A stretch of 63,460 nucleotides of DNA, the filler included. It is 8 parts of 8 records of this genome, joined end to end, with 100 filler letters (N's around TTAATTAATTAA, not from the genome) between each part and the next. Parts side by side here need not be neighbours in the genome. Positions count along the whole stretch, not along the records: positions 13,433 to 23,028 come from SRR7504441_3058; positions 23,129 to 27,088 come from SRR7504441_3059; positions 27,189 to 32,529 come from SRR7504441_3063; positions 32,630 to 58,604 come from SRR7504441_3064; 4 more parts are not named here. The stretch is one strand, 5' to 3'. Positions 23,006-35,600 of this stretch are shown here, piece by piece. The notes beneath the pieces were generated by a model. The model was given only the letters and a program-made list of their open reading frames with translations. It was not told the origin of the DNA and did no database searches. How positions within the stretch are numbered: position 1 is the first letter of the stretch; each line of letters opens with the position of its first letter. The position numbers were made by a program, and so were the translations under genes.

Positions 23006-23298
23006 CTGCCGCCCGCTCCCCCCCCCCCNNNNNNNNNNNNNNNNNNNNNNNNNNNNNNNNNNNNNNNNNNNNTTAATTAATTAANNNNNNNNNNNNNNNN
23101 NNNNNNNNNNNNNNNNNNNNNNNNNNNNCTCCTTGCACGCACTGCGCCGCCGGCCGTGCGGACATGGCATTGCTCGTGTCAGCGGGTGTTTCGAGTGTTG
23201 ATGGACGCGTGATCCTAATGAATCAGCCACGTAATACTCCCAGAACCGGGGCAACACACGCCGGGGCAACACAGGTCGCTGGGCGCACCCCGCTAGAC

Positions 23299-24323
23299 AT
23301 GCCGCCGGTGCGGTACGGGGTCGACCACACTTACGAGCCTCCGGGCCCGGGCGACGACTGCTGCGCTTCGGAGCCCTCCGGGCAGATGCCAGCGGACGCC
23401 AACGCAGCGTACGGGGTGGTGCGCGCGGCCTACGCGATGGTGGCCGAGGACAAGGGCGGCTGCTGCGGGACCGACCGGCCCGACTCGGCCTACCTCGGAT
23501 ACTCAGGCGCCCCGCCGGGGGGGTGCCGGTGCGAGCCAGGGGTGCAGCGGAGGACTTGGCGCGGGCGGCGAGCGGGGACATCGGGCAGGGTTGCGGCAAC
23601 CCGCTGAGCTTTGCGCAGCTGCGCCCGGGCGAGACGGTGGTGGACCTCGGCTCAGGCGGCGGGATGGACTGTTTCATCGCCGGCACGCGCGTCGGGTCCA
23701 CTGGCCGGGTGATTGGAGTTGACATGACGGTATCCCCGGGTTGGATCTTTTGAGTTAATGCTGGTTCGGCAGCCGGAGATGATCTCCCGCGCGCGGGCGG
23801 CGGCGACCGAGGGCCAGCACAAGAATGTTGAGTTCAGGCTGGGCGAGATCGAGCACTTGCCCCTCCCGGATGGGGCGGCCGATTGCGTCATTTCGAATTG
23901 CGTGGTCAACCTGTCACCGGACAAGCAGCAAGTGCTTCACGAAATCTTCAGGGTGCTCCGCCCAGGCGGCCGGCTGGCGATCGCCGACGTGGTGACCGAC
24001 GCCGAGCTGCCTGATAGGCTCAAGACTGCTGAGGCGCTGGCCTGCTGAGTATCGGGTGCGGAGGCGCTCGCTTGCGGCATGACGGCCAGGCAGGCGCTTC
24101 GGACATGAACAGACTCGAGCTGATGTTGTCGGAGGCGCGTTTCGAGCGGGTCTCGATTGTGGTCAAGGAGGAGAGCCGGGAGGTTATTGCCCAGTGGATG
24201 CCCGGATCCGGCGCGGAGGAGTTTGTGGTAAGCGCCAACATCACTGCTTTCAAGCCCGAGGCACCGGTCGCTTCTTCAACGTGCGAACCGGCCAAGCCTG
24301 AATCAAGCGGCGGCTGAGCCTAA
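23299..24323 (+). CDS. AS3MT: Arsenite S-adenosylmethionine methyltransferase (ArsM/AS3MT), selenoprotein
   Basis: Exons 23299-23506, 23548-23729, 23773-24055 and 24094-end give [63 protein letters not shown](24046-48)-VSGA and [11 protein letters not shown]. The CDS ends at TGA 24317 or, if that codon is also recoded, at TAA 24323. Confidence 0.92.
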
Positions 24324-24374
24324 GCGGTGTGCTGCTACGAAGCGGTGCGAGGCGTACACAACGGCGTGAGGCGA

Positions 24375-24440
24375 GGCTTGTGCGGTATGACGGCCCTACT
24401 TTAAAGCTTAGCAAGTAGCCGGCCTGAGAATGCGCAAGCC
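24375..24440 (+). promoter_or_regulatory. Eukaryotic SECIS element (type II-like) in the AS3MT 3' UTR
   Basis: Helix I ggcttgtgc (24375-83) pairs with gcgcaagcc (24432-40). Core ATGA (24387-90) faces TGAG (24425-28). Helix II ggcc/ggcc plus ctactt/aagtag. Unpaired AAA at 24403-05, then a gc-tta-gc mini-stem. Confidence 0.9.
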
Positions 24441-24560
24441 CCACACGCAATCGAAGAATCTATCTACAACACTTTCAAGAATGATTAAAATGATAGTTTA
24501 CGAACAATAGAAGCTCACGCCAATGCTTACGATTCGGTTGCTGACCGTTCTAAAGACGCT

Positions 24561-26877
24561 ATGGGGAGATTCGAGTGGGCGCTCGTCCTGCTCCTCTCCC
24601 TTTTGCACGGAACTGGGGCCCGGTCGGCGGCCGAGTGGCGGGCGGTCCGCCAGCGGGTAGTCGATACCATATGGGACCGGGGGCTGCCGTTGGACCGCCA
24701 GCTGCCGGACCGCACGAGCCGGACAAACCACAGCCGACTGGAGCAGCTGCACTGGACCATCAACGGCTCACTGCTCGAGCTCGAGGCGAGCGCGTACTAT
24801 CACCCGCAGCCGGCTAGGAGCAAGGTGCTGGTGCTGCTGCACCACGGACACGCGTATGACAACTGGAACTATACGAGCAACTGCTTTAGATTCGGCGACT
24901 GCTACAACGAGAGCAGCAGACGGTGCGATCTGGGCTGCAGATTCTGGGATCTGAATAACGTATCCCGCTGGTTGCACCAGGAGCTTAATCTGGACTACAT
25001 GATGCTGTATATGCCGCTCATGTGGCCCAACGCTCTGCCCTTTGGCACGGCCGGAGTGGAGCACGATGCAACCGGCAATCACACCGGTCACGAGTGGCTC
25101 AGACAGTGGCAGGCGAGGGGCGAGAGCCCGATCCGTTTCTTTATTGAGCCAACAGTGCTGGCTGAATCGGCTCGGGTATGAGCAGGTGATTGTGATGGGT
25201 TTGTCCGGCGGCGGCTGGGCAACCACGCTGATTGCAGCCATCGACCCTCGGATAAAGCTCTCAGTACCGGTCGCCGGCAGTCTGCCGTGGTACCTGTTTA
25301 CGGACCATCAAGTGGGCGACTATGAGCAGAGGCCGGAGCTGTGTCGTAGGGACACGTGCACTGCAGGCTCCTGCACAGCTGATGGCTCGCGCTGCGCAGA
25401 TTGGTTTCTTACACAAGCCAACTTCACAGAGCTGTACCTGCTGGCTGCGATGGAGCCTGGGCGGACTGCGCTCCAGGTCTTGCACGAAAACGACCCTGTC
25501 TGCTTTCACGGTCGGTCAAGGCACGAGGCGATCCGTGGATACGGTGATCGGGTCGGGGCAGAGCTGGATGCAGCTTTTGGCACTGGTACTGGGTCGCACG
25601 GCGCTTTCTCCACATCGATCGTGGACTGGAATCAGCACGCCTGGGACCCGCACTCCAAGCTCTTAGTCAAGACAGTGGTTGGGCGCTGGCTTACAGGACA
25701 GTTGCGACCTGCCGACCTTGAGAAACTGCCTTGTGACATTCTTCATCATAATTCGACGGCAGTTACATGCCCAGAGCCACCGCCATGCGCCGGTATTAGT
25801 ACCCACCGCACAGCGCTGGCTGGGAGGACCCCTCCTGTGCTGACCCCTGGGTATTTTGGCGCCAACGGGAGCACAGTGAGGTGCAACTCGAGCTGGGGGC
25901 ATGGACGGAGCCTGGCGCCGCAGCCGGAGAATAGCAGGTCTGTAACATTCTGGGGGAGCTGGAGCACCCCGTGCAGCGCTGACTGGGGATTCACAGCCGC
26001 GCATCCGCTCGGCACACCGGCAGGGGCTAGCCGCGGTTTCTTCCCTTCGTGTGACCAGGAGTACGGACCGAGCGTGGAGGCCGATTTGGAGCTCGAGGGG
26101 GGAGGGCTGATGCATCTAATACGGACCGTATCGGATCGTACCGGCCCGTTCAGAGGATACACGTCGGATGGCCAGCCGCCGAGCGGGGCCAATGCGCACA
26201 TTGCTGCTACTTACACCGACTTCAACCCAATTTACCAGGTCTCAGAACCCAATCGGATGAAGCCGTTTGCCAATGCAAAAAGTATGGTGCTCAGGGCAAA
26301 GCAGGCAGTCACGAGGGCTACGCTACCAGATCCGATCACACAACAGCTTCAGCAGGATATGACGGTGTGTTTGATCAACGAGCGGTGTAACGAGACCGCC
26401 TCGAGCTCCTTCTGCCAGATTGGGTTCAACATAAAGACTCACATATCGGGCGTGAACGCAAATGCCCCCTCTGACGACGCGACCGTCCTTAACGACCAAG
26501 GCCAGGGGGGGCTCATCGTTGTTCTGGGTCCTGTCAATGCATATGGCAAAAGCACAAGCTTTTCACTGGGCAAGCGCAAGTTGGTTGCGTGGACCTCAGG
26601 TGGCAACGAGACTCAGTCTGGGACCTTTGGACTAAGCCGTTTCCAGATCGAGGTCAGCTGGACGAGCTTTCTGGGGCTCCTGAGGGCGGTCGTACCCAGC
26701 CCAGAGGGCACCTATGGACCGGAGTGGGACCAGCCAGAGGCCTGGGTGCTGCTCCGGGCTGGATATGGCCAAGAGAACTTCAACAATGATACTAGCGGCT
26801 CCACCAGTGTAATTGAGGGCTGGATCGAGTCGCTCGAGGTGCTGAGCGCTGATCCCAGCATTCCTAGCCTAGGCTAG
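24561..26877 (+). CDS. Secreted alpha/beta-hydrolase with a C-terminal unknown domain; intronless, frameshift at ~25160
   Basis: Signal peptide MGRFEWALVLLLSLLHGTGA; LVLLHHGH; nucleophile elbow VMGLSGGGW; AAIDPRIKLSVPVAGSLP; HENDPVCF; NQHAWD. The two ORFs join out of frame between RFFIEPTVLA and LNRLGYEQ. Confidence 0.75.
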
Positions 26878-27278
26878 CTATAGGCTAGCTACATGTAGTG
26901 ATGGCTAGCCTGATCATGATGTGGCACCTGACTATACAATATCAATTGTGCACAGCTCGTATTACGAGTATTGTGTGGTTCAGATTTTTATCAGACGGAA
27001 TCCAATTCGCTAGATTCGAGCCGACCTGGAAACCGATCGTTAGTCCATTCTCCATTCTAGGCTCCGGAGGGAAGCCCTCGTGTGTCCCNNNNNNNNNNNN
27101 NNNNNNNNNNNNNNNNNNNNNNNNNNNNNNNNTTAATTAATTAANNNNNNNNNNNNNNNNNNNNNNNNNNNNNNNNNNNNNNNNNNNNATAATTTTATAG
27201 AGAGAAGATGCGCACATTGGTCTTTGCACGCTATTTGCACGCTCTTAGCAGGCTTTTTGCTTACATGTACAATCTGAA

Positions 27279-30200
27279 TCAGGGGCTGCCGGTGCTAGCC
27301 GGGCTACTATTCGAGTCTATATCTATATCTGTGTCCATGTCCTCCAAGTCCATTTTGTCCGAACCAGTCTCCGGATCCTCCCATGTGACAAACTCTACCC
27401 AGAGATCGATGAGCTCTTGGTGCGTGTCCTTGTCAGGGTATGTGTCCAGCCACTGCCCTATCCAATTCCATTCATGCCTCGTCTGACCAACACCATGCTC
27501 AGAATCTGTTTGCTGGCACAGCCTGGGGGTGCTTAGCTACCTCGAAGAGACAGCTTGCTGCTTCGATATGCGTGTCAAGTAAGTTGAGAATAAATCGCAC
27601 GAGACACAGGGTGCACTGCACGGCCGAGTCGTCTTGTGGAAATACCTGCGCAAAGCGTCAAGTGGCATGGCAACAAAGGCTGGCACCGAGAGCAGCCCAT
27701 CTGTCGGACTCAGCAACTCAGCGCACCTCGGTTGCTGCAGGCCGTCAGACAGGCTGAGCAACGTTAGCGAGAGATCGAGGCCTGCCTTGAGTGGCTCGAG
27801 CTTCTGAGCAGCGCATGCCTCCTGTACCTGCGCTACGAGTACCGAGACCAACGGATCCGTGAACAGCGGATTGTCGTGGCAGAGCATAGTCACGATTTTG
27901 CCAAGTGCACCAGCAGCAAACTGAGCGGCGTCTGGGTGCTCCAGCCACGTCTGGTACACCTCTTGAGTGCGAAGCATGTCGGTGTCCCGTCGAGTGAACT
28001 TATTCTGCTCTCTTACAATCACTTCAATGCAATGCAGCACGCGGCCAGTGATAGGCCCGATGGCGATATCACACAGCAAACTGATCGCCGAGTGCTTGAC
28101 TAGTAGCAGCGTGCAGCTCGATTCGAGCTCTATAGCCTGAAGCATCAGTTGGAGCACAAGATCTTCTGGCTGCAGCTCAATCACTGTGAGTAGATGCTCG
28201 CACAGGGCTGGCAACAGGACGGGTCGAGCCTGCGCGTCGCAGTGCTGCATCCAGGTGGCGAGCAAGGTGCACAGCACTTTCTTGGGTGCAGGCTCGGGGC
28301 ACTCTGTGAGTATCAGATGAAGGATCGACCGCTCTTTAGTGGTAGGCTGGTCGAGCAGCTGCCGCCCTGCGACACGGTTCATGATCTTGTTCAGCCCCCA
28401 ATTGCATGCTGCTGGGTTCCGCTTGCACGATGCGATCAGCAGCTGGACTAGTCTGGGGACCTCTGGCTGGCGCTTGGCTCGTACAAACCACTGGAACAAC
28501 ATCAGCGTGCCCGCCTGCACAGCTGGTAGGGCTGCTTTTGTATCGGTGGCGACTGCCACAATATGTCCAACAAAGAGCGCGAACTCAGCACTCAGCAGCT
28601 GTCATCAGAGCTCAGCTTGGGGCGGCCAGGGGCAGGCACCTGCTTGTCGTGGGCCAGTTTGGCATTGCTCTTGGCAACCAGACTGCCTTCAGAGGCACAC
28701 CACGGCAACTCTCGCTTACTAGGCACTGACTGCTTGGCACATGGCTTGCCCCACACCATAGAGATCAGGTTGGCTACCAGCCCATGGTTCTCTTGTTCGG
28801 ACTGCACGGGTGAATCCGGTTCTGGCTGCTGAGTTTTGGGACCGACTGACTGGGTACCACTAGAGCTGCAGGTGTAGACGAGCATGTAAGCTGATCGGTG
28901 GGCTGCACCTGCATCAACAAATCAAGATGATTCCACTGAGTAGCCCGCCACACACCTTCACCATAGCACTCGCTCTCGAGCACCGAATTCAAGTCAATGT
29001 TCGAAGTAAGATGGTCATCGCAGCGATACCACGATCCGGCTGCGCTCTGCTCAAGGGCCTGCTCACTGCGATCCACCGGGTCAAGCCTAAACTTGGCCAG
29101 GCTGCACACCTCGCCACCGCCGGCTCTTCAGAGAGGCGCTTGACAAACGAATAATAATGGCCCGACTGGGCCGAGCCCACGTGTACCACCACCCCGCTCA
29201 ACTCATACTGGCCCACCGGCTGGGCAGCTTGGGCCTGCACCCAGGCTCAGCTCGCCGGTTACTACCGCAACCACCATGAATGGAGAAAGGTCCAGCTTGA
29301 TCGGGAACTGCAGTCGATCGTCCAGTTTGCGTCGACTGAGCAACTGATAATCGAACTCGAACCGTTTCAACTGAATCACCAGCGTGTTCCGTAGCCTAGA
29401 GACGTGAGAGCTCCGCTTCACCTGCAGCAAGCTAAGCCAGCAGCCGGCGTTGAAGCTTGACCTGGACTTTCTTCTTGCAGCCGCTGCACAGATAATCGGC
29501 GATGATCTCGGCCTGGGTGTAAGCGTGAAGCGCCTCCTGCAGCGTGTGGAAGCCCTTGACATTCACACTCAAGCAGTAGAAATCCTCGTCAGCTCTGGCA
29601 ACATGCCCGCACTCTTCACATACGAGCACAGTCTCGCTCACTCCCTTGATGCAGTCCCCTATCAAACTCGGCACACTGCTCAACGCCAGTTGCTGCTCCA
29701 GCTGAGTGCACAGCCCCACAAAGAACTCGGAAGCGTCCATCTGAATCGTCGGATCCAGTGGTCTGCCGTCCTGGTCCACATAAGCGGCGCACAGTCCGGC
29801 AGGCTTCATCCAGGGACCCCTAAAGTGCTCGAGCCAGTAGAAGATGCGGCTGATTTGGTACAGCACGGAGGTCTCTTGGGGCATCTTGGCTAGCTGTTTG
29901 CTCGGCACAGTGCTATTGAGCATCTGGTGCCGCAGCTCCCGCTGGTTGAAGAGCTGCTGTAGAATGCAGTTGAGATAACACGTGTTGCCCAAGCTTGCGA
30001 GCCCGACCACCGCACGCTCATCCGCTCTGATGGCCACAGGGTCCAAGCCCCAGCCGACCATCGATCCGCGGAACTCAAGCTCGCTCTTAAGCAGCTGGAC
30101 CACGGTCATCTGGTTGAGCAAGCAGTCCTCGCATAGCTCTGCCACCATCCGGAGCACCTCCGGTTGCAACCGACTCCAGGCACCCCCCCCTGGCTTGCAG

Positions 30201-32529
30201 AACAGGACCTCGTGCCACAGGTGCCGGATCAGTGCTTCACCCAGCTCTCTCTTTTTAGTGGACACGCAACCCGCCACCAGTGTTCGCAGCACCGCCACCT
30301 GACCTGTCAAAATCGGGAGTGCTGGCGGATCCCGACTGCTAGACTGGACCAGCCTTACATCTAGTTTGATCTGCTGCACCAGCTTGTCGCAGTGCGTCTG
30401 AAGCTCGGCTGGCGGCTCCAGACTTAGCACTGCACACAGTGCCTGGAACCCCTCCGCGCACTGCTCGCCCTCCAATACGACTGCTGGCCGCAGCAGCCAC
30501 TCGATGAGTACCCACCGCAGCTCAGCCCTGTGCTCAGCCCGGCTCTGAGGCAGCCAGTGGTGCAGCACAGCCAGCACGGCCACCCTGGCCGCTGGCTCGT
30601 CCGCCCGGAGCATCCGCACTATCCACTCAGCGCACTGCTCCCACTGCGATGGATCGTAAGCCAACCAGGCCAGCAACACCCCTAGACCCCCAGTGGCCAG
30701 TTGCTCTTGCGCCAGCCTGGCCACCAGCGCGGTGCTGCTGCGGAGTACCTGCCCCCACCCTGAGTGCCATTAGCCGGAAATAGAGTCACTGCGTCCATTG
30801 TGCCCGGCTCAGCGAGCAGCTCCCTTGCTTCTTCAGACTCTAGACTCCAGCCAAGCATGCCCTTGAGGACTCGGAGCATCAAGTGCACACACTCAGCCCC
30901 AATCGAGTCCAGTTCGGCCGGCTCTGTGCTCAGACAGTGCTGCAGGCTCGCGTCCAGCACCGTGAGCCCTCCGTGTGACACAAACGCAACTGACCACTCG
31001 TGTGGAGGCTGGTCAGTGGCGAGTGCGGCCTGTAGCCAGTACAGCCAGCCGATGGAGTTGGGCGGGCCCTCGAGCTCGGCCCAAGCATGCGCCTGCACCT
31101 TCTCGAGCACAGCTGCGCTGGTGGGCAGTTGCTGCAGCAGAACGTAGGTCGCGTCCGTGGTGCTAGAGCAGCGCTGCATAAGGTGATCCGTGTGCTCATC
31201 CGCCAGCCAAGCCCCGAGCTGCCCCGCGTACGGCGCCCGCTCGCACAGCTCACACGAGTGCTGCCCCAGCGCTCCAGAGTCGGGTGGGACCGGCCTCACT
31301 TGCCCTTGCCGTATTGGCCCAATGAGCGGGCTGGCCTGCGCTGCCAGGCCATGCACCAGTCGATCACCTGACCCAGGACCTCAGCCGCCGCGCAGCACCG
31401 CGCCCACCTTCCGGCTTGAGCAGCACCCGCTGGCTCTCTGCAATAGCTAGTGCCGCTACAGCCGCAGCCTGGTCACTCGATGCCTGAAGACAGTACTGCA
31501 ACTGCACCCTCGCCTGCTCAGTGGCCAGCAGCAGGCGGGAGGCACCAGCAGCTGATATCCTAGGAACGGGCAGCTGTAGCAGCGCAGTGGCAGCTTGCTC
31601 AGGAAGCTAGAGGCCCGCTGCACGATCTCTGGCTGCTCACCTTGCTCCATGATTGCCCAAAGCGTCCCAAACCCACTCAGCTGCTCCAGTGGCTCGCTGG
31701 CCGGCTGCTGCCCACTGTTGACCACAGCGAAGAAGCTCTCCAGGCACGAGTATGCTTCGTCTGTGAATTCCAACGGATCAAGCTGACCAAGCAGCCGATT
31801 CAAAACTAGAGTGTGCAGTGAGCTGTCGAGCATTGGCAGCAGCGCAAGCAGCCACTGGCACCAGGCGCGCAGGCTGGGCTCAGTCTTCTCGTCGGCCCTC
31901 CAGAGACCCTCTAGGTGCTCAGCAGACAGCTCGGCCCCGGCAGCCATCAGCGCCCTGGTCAGCAACAGCTTGGCCGGTAGCCAGCTGGCCAGCCCGCCCG
32001 CTTTCATTAGCTGCGGCACCAGGCTCAGTCCCACCATCCAGTCCAAGGTGCGCTGGCAGTCGCTCAGCGCCGTGAGCAGGCACAGCCCGGCCCACGCCCG
32101 CTCGGGAAGCCTGAGCAGCTCGCTTGCACTCGTGACCATCTGCTGAGACAATTGGTCGGAAGCCGGCTCCGTAACCAGCCCGGCAAGCTCCTCAGCTGCA
32201 GTGCTGGTCAACTCCTCCGGGCAGCCGGGCTGCGAGCTGGCGTCCCATAGCATCAGCAGCGCCCCGGCCTCGGGATGGCCTGCCTGCAGTTGCCCCGGGC
32301 TGGGCAGCGGCTGCAGGGCCGCCAGCTTGGCGAGCAGCGCCACCCTCTGACCTGTCAGCCTCCCCGGGGGCCGGATTGCCCCGCACAGCTCGGCCAGCGC
32401 CTGGCTGGAGAGCGATTCAGCCAGCTCAAGCACCACGCCCGAAACAGCTTGTTCGAGCCAGGGCAGCGGGCTCCCGAGTGCCTGGCCTATTGATTGCATC
32501 AGCTCGTGCACCCCAGACCAGTTCTGGCT
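27279..32529 (-). CDS. Large ubiquitin carboxyl-terminal hydrolase (USP9/USP24/USP34-like), 5' truncated, multi-exon
   Basis: Cys box GLASLGNTCYLNCILQQLF, QMDASEFF, LVIQLKRFEFDY, His box YELSGVVVHVGSAQSGHYYSFVK and WYRCDD; last exon ...WNWIGQWLD...SPASTGSP ends at TGA (plus-strand tca 27279-27281). Confidence 0.9.
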
Positions 32530-32629
32530 NNNNNNNNNNNNNNNNNNNNNNNNNNNNNNNNNNNNNNNNNNNNTTAATTAATTAANNNNNNNNNNNNNNN
32601 NNNNNNNNNNNNNNNNNNNNNNNNNNNNN

Positions 32630-35600
32630 TCGTCAACTCCTGTCGACTCTTGCGCGTCACCCTCATCGCTACTGGCCAGCAGGGCATCAAGATCGGACAA
32701 ATCCTCTTCCGTCTCCTCCTCGCCACTGCTGCCTTCCTCACTCTCGTCCTCGTCCTTGTCAGCATCTGTTTCCTGCCGATTGCCTTCTTCTGCCAGCCTA
32801 GTTTGTGCTCCAAGCAGTGCGTCGAGGCCAGCAAAGTATCCACCGGCCACAGCATCCGGGCCGCCTAGTGATGGAGCCTCAACTTTGAATTTCACATCCA
32901 CCGATGGCATCGCAACTTCATTGCTTGACGATGGTTGTTTGAGGTCGCCAGCCTTGCTATTCTCGACCTGGGACCTCCGCTTCGTCAAGCTTGCCTCGCT
33001 CAGATAGTCCTGACAGGCCCGTTCGAGCTCACGCATTGAAATAACACCGTCGCGATTTGCATCATGTTTGAGCATCTTGTCCCACTGCCTGGTGAGCCAT
33101 GGGGTGAACGGGTGGTCAGGCAGGTAGGCTTGCAGCTCAGTCACAGTGAGTACGCCATTGTGTGCATGCCGGTCAGCTTTGCTCATTATCCAATGAGCCA
33201 GCTTGCTGGCCTCTGCGCCAGGACCATCCCCGTGTACGCCATTCGCTGCTCGCATAGTCCGCTTGCGAGCTTTGGGTAGCTTGAGAGGGTCCGTTCTACT
33301 GCCACGTTTGATGACTTCGTCCCTGAAGCCAACATGCTTGGGAGTTTTGACAGAAGTTGCACCATCCTTGGCCTCGGCCGCTCGACAGTCGGTCTCCCAA
33401 TCCCCGGTGTATGCTTGACCATCCTGACCAATCCATCGAGATTTCAGAGGAACCGACGACTCCGAGTCCACTGGCGAACCTAGATCAATCCCTTCAAGGC
33501 CCTGCATCCACGTTGCCTCTCTTTGTGCTTTCCACTTCGCCAACCTCGCTGCGTTTCTATTGATTTCCTTCGAACTAGGGCCTTTCGTGCTCACTTTAGC
33601 TATTTTCCACGCATTCCCCCCAGAGTTCAGAACTGTCACATATATGTGCGCAAGATTGGTGAGCCCAGTGTCCCGTGAATGGACCTAAAAACAAACAATC
33701 ACAATCTGCATGCTCATAGAATATTTCACCTCAGAACTCCATTCGGTTGCAAAAACAGCCCCAGTTTTAGCACACACTCGAAGCTCATAGGTTCCCGGCT
33801 GCGGGTTGGTCTTGTCGAATCCAGGGAGTTGGGCCAGCCAGTCTCTTACAGATTCCATCGTTGCCGCAGGGTGTTTCTCTGACTTGGACTTCTTGCTCTT
33901 GGATGGTGATCCTTTTCGTAAATCCAGTGGAGGCACGGGCGAGGGTCGGTCCGCAGCAGTCCTCCCTGACTTTGGAGAAGATTTTGCCTTAGGAGAGTCT
34001 CTGTCTCTGGTCGGCCCAGTGGTCGCAGTACTTGGAGGCGTCTTATGACTGAGCACTGACGGAGTTGACGATCTAGACTTGGATCGAGAGGTCGCTGCTC
34101 GCTTGTGTGCCTTGCTGAGAGCAGACACGAGCTCCTTGTACTCCACACGCCCATCCTTGTCAGAATCAAGGTGATCGAACACCATGTGTAGCTCTTTGCT
34201 AGAGACAGGCGCGCCAATCTTGGCCAGGCCGCGCTGCAACTCGTCCAAATCGATCCTGCCAGACCGGTCCTTGTCCATCTCCCAAAACACAGCATGCACA
34301 GTCGAGATCCGCTCCTTCAGATACCCTGCAAGCAGCAGCCTCACATCAACCCCTCCAGTATGCGCAGCACCGTGAAGGGCCGCAGTAACACGTTCGATCG
34401 GGTTTCCTCCAGGGGTGTGCGAGCCATGAAGGTTCGATTTCTGGATCAGCTTGTCGATAAAGGTGTGCAGGTCGTTCACGTTGATCCTGCTGGCCCGATT
34501 GGCAGTGAGTGCAGCCATCACATCGTTCACAGCAAGCCCCTGTGCCTCCATGTGCATGTGTACCACCCCAACGAGGTCGTCAACCTGCAACCGAATGGAG
34601 TCAGAACTGGTCGATGCCTCATCACCTCTTGGGTCACTATCTGCTCCTCTGGCAAGCTCATGGCCCATCCAAACGCCCCAAGCAGCTCATGCAGCTCTAT
34701 CATGTCGTCACCATTCGGGTCCATGGCGCGCTCGATCTATTCCCCAGTCAAACCAGAAGCACGCAGCTAGTCACCGCCGTGAACTCTGCTATCGAGAGCA
34801 CGCCCGGTGCTATTCGGCATAGACCCTCCTGCAGCTTTGATCTACACAGCCCCGGAGTTAGCACCAAACGCTTGCTCAAAGCATTCACCTTGTGACTACT
34901 CCGGTCTTTCGGTGATCTAACATATCGAACAGCTGCTCCTGCGAGATACACTCCGTTTCCAGCCATTCTCCCAGCCGCGCCAAAGCCCCGTGACTCTGCC
35001 CCTACATCGGCCGGCAGCAGATGTGCGGCGCACCCGGCTCTCCCACGAGGCCACCGTCTCGGCCTTGTGCTTGCTGAATCGCCTCATGACCTGCCTGGGC
35101 CTCGAGCCTGCGAGCAGGCAGACAGCACCGATTCAAACTCCGCCAGATTCACCGCACTGTCCCCGTTCTTGTCTAGGTAGACCATCAGCCGGGCTATCTG
35201 GTCGTGCACCGAGACTGCCCGCCAGGCCACCCCCTTGATTCTATCGAGCTCCGGGCCGGCTGCACCGCCCCACCCGCTCGCTGGATCCTCTGGCGCCCTG
35301 CACAACACCTCAGCCACCCTCTCACAGCTCCCAAACAGCGCACCTGATTTGGAGCCGCAGCCGCCGGGCGCACCAGCTGCGCCATACCCGGACGGCAGGC
35401 TTGGCCCAGCGCGCCAATCTGTGTCGCTTGGCCCTTCTAAGGCTCCGCTTGGCTGCACCGACAATTGCAGCTCTGTGCCAGCGCACACAGCTCTGCCAAA
35501 GGCTGCGCAGACCCCAGGCATTGCTGCACCACCGCTCGAGCTGGGCCTGGTGCAGCTCCGACCGATGCAACATGACCCACCCGCGCCACCCCCACCCTAG

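Noticed and set aside
24046-24048. Genome-wide reassignment of UGA to a sense codon
   Set aside because: TGA serves as the normal terminator in other genes (27279-81 minus, 37232-34, 42774-76, 54314-16, 57101-03), and the read-through case has its own SECIS.
19228-26877. A detoxification cluster of LigB-COMT, ALDH, AS3MT and hydrolase
   Set aside because: A spacer at 23029-23128 splits these genes onto two contigs, so the four-gene linkage is not real.
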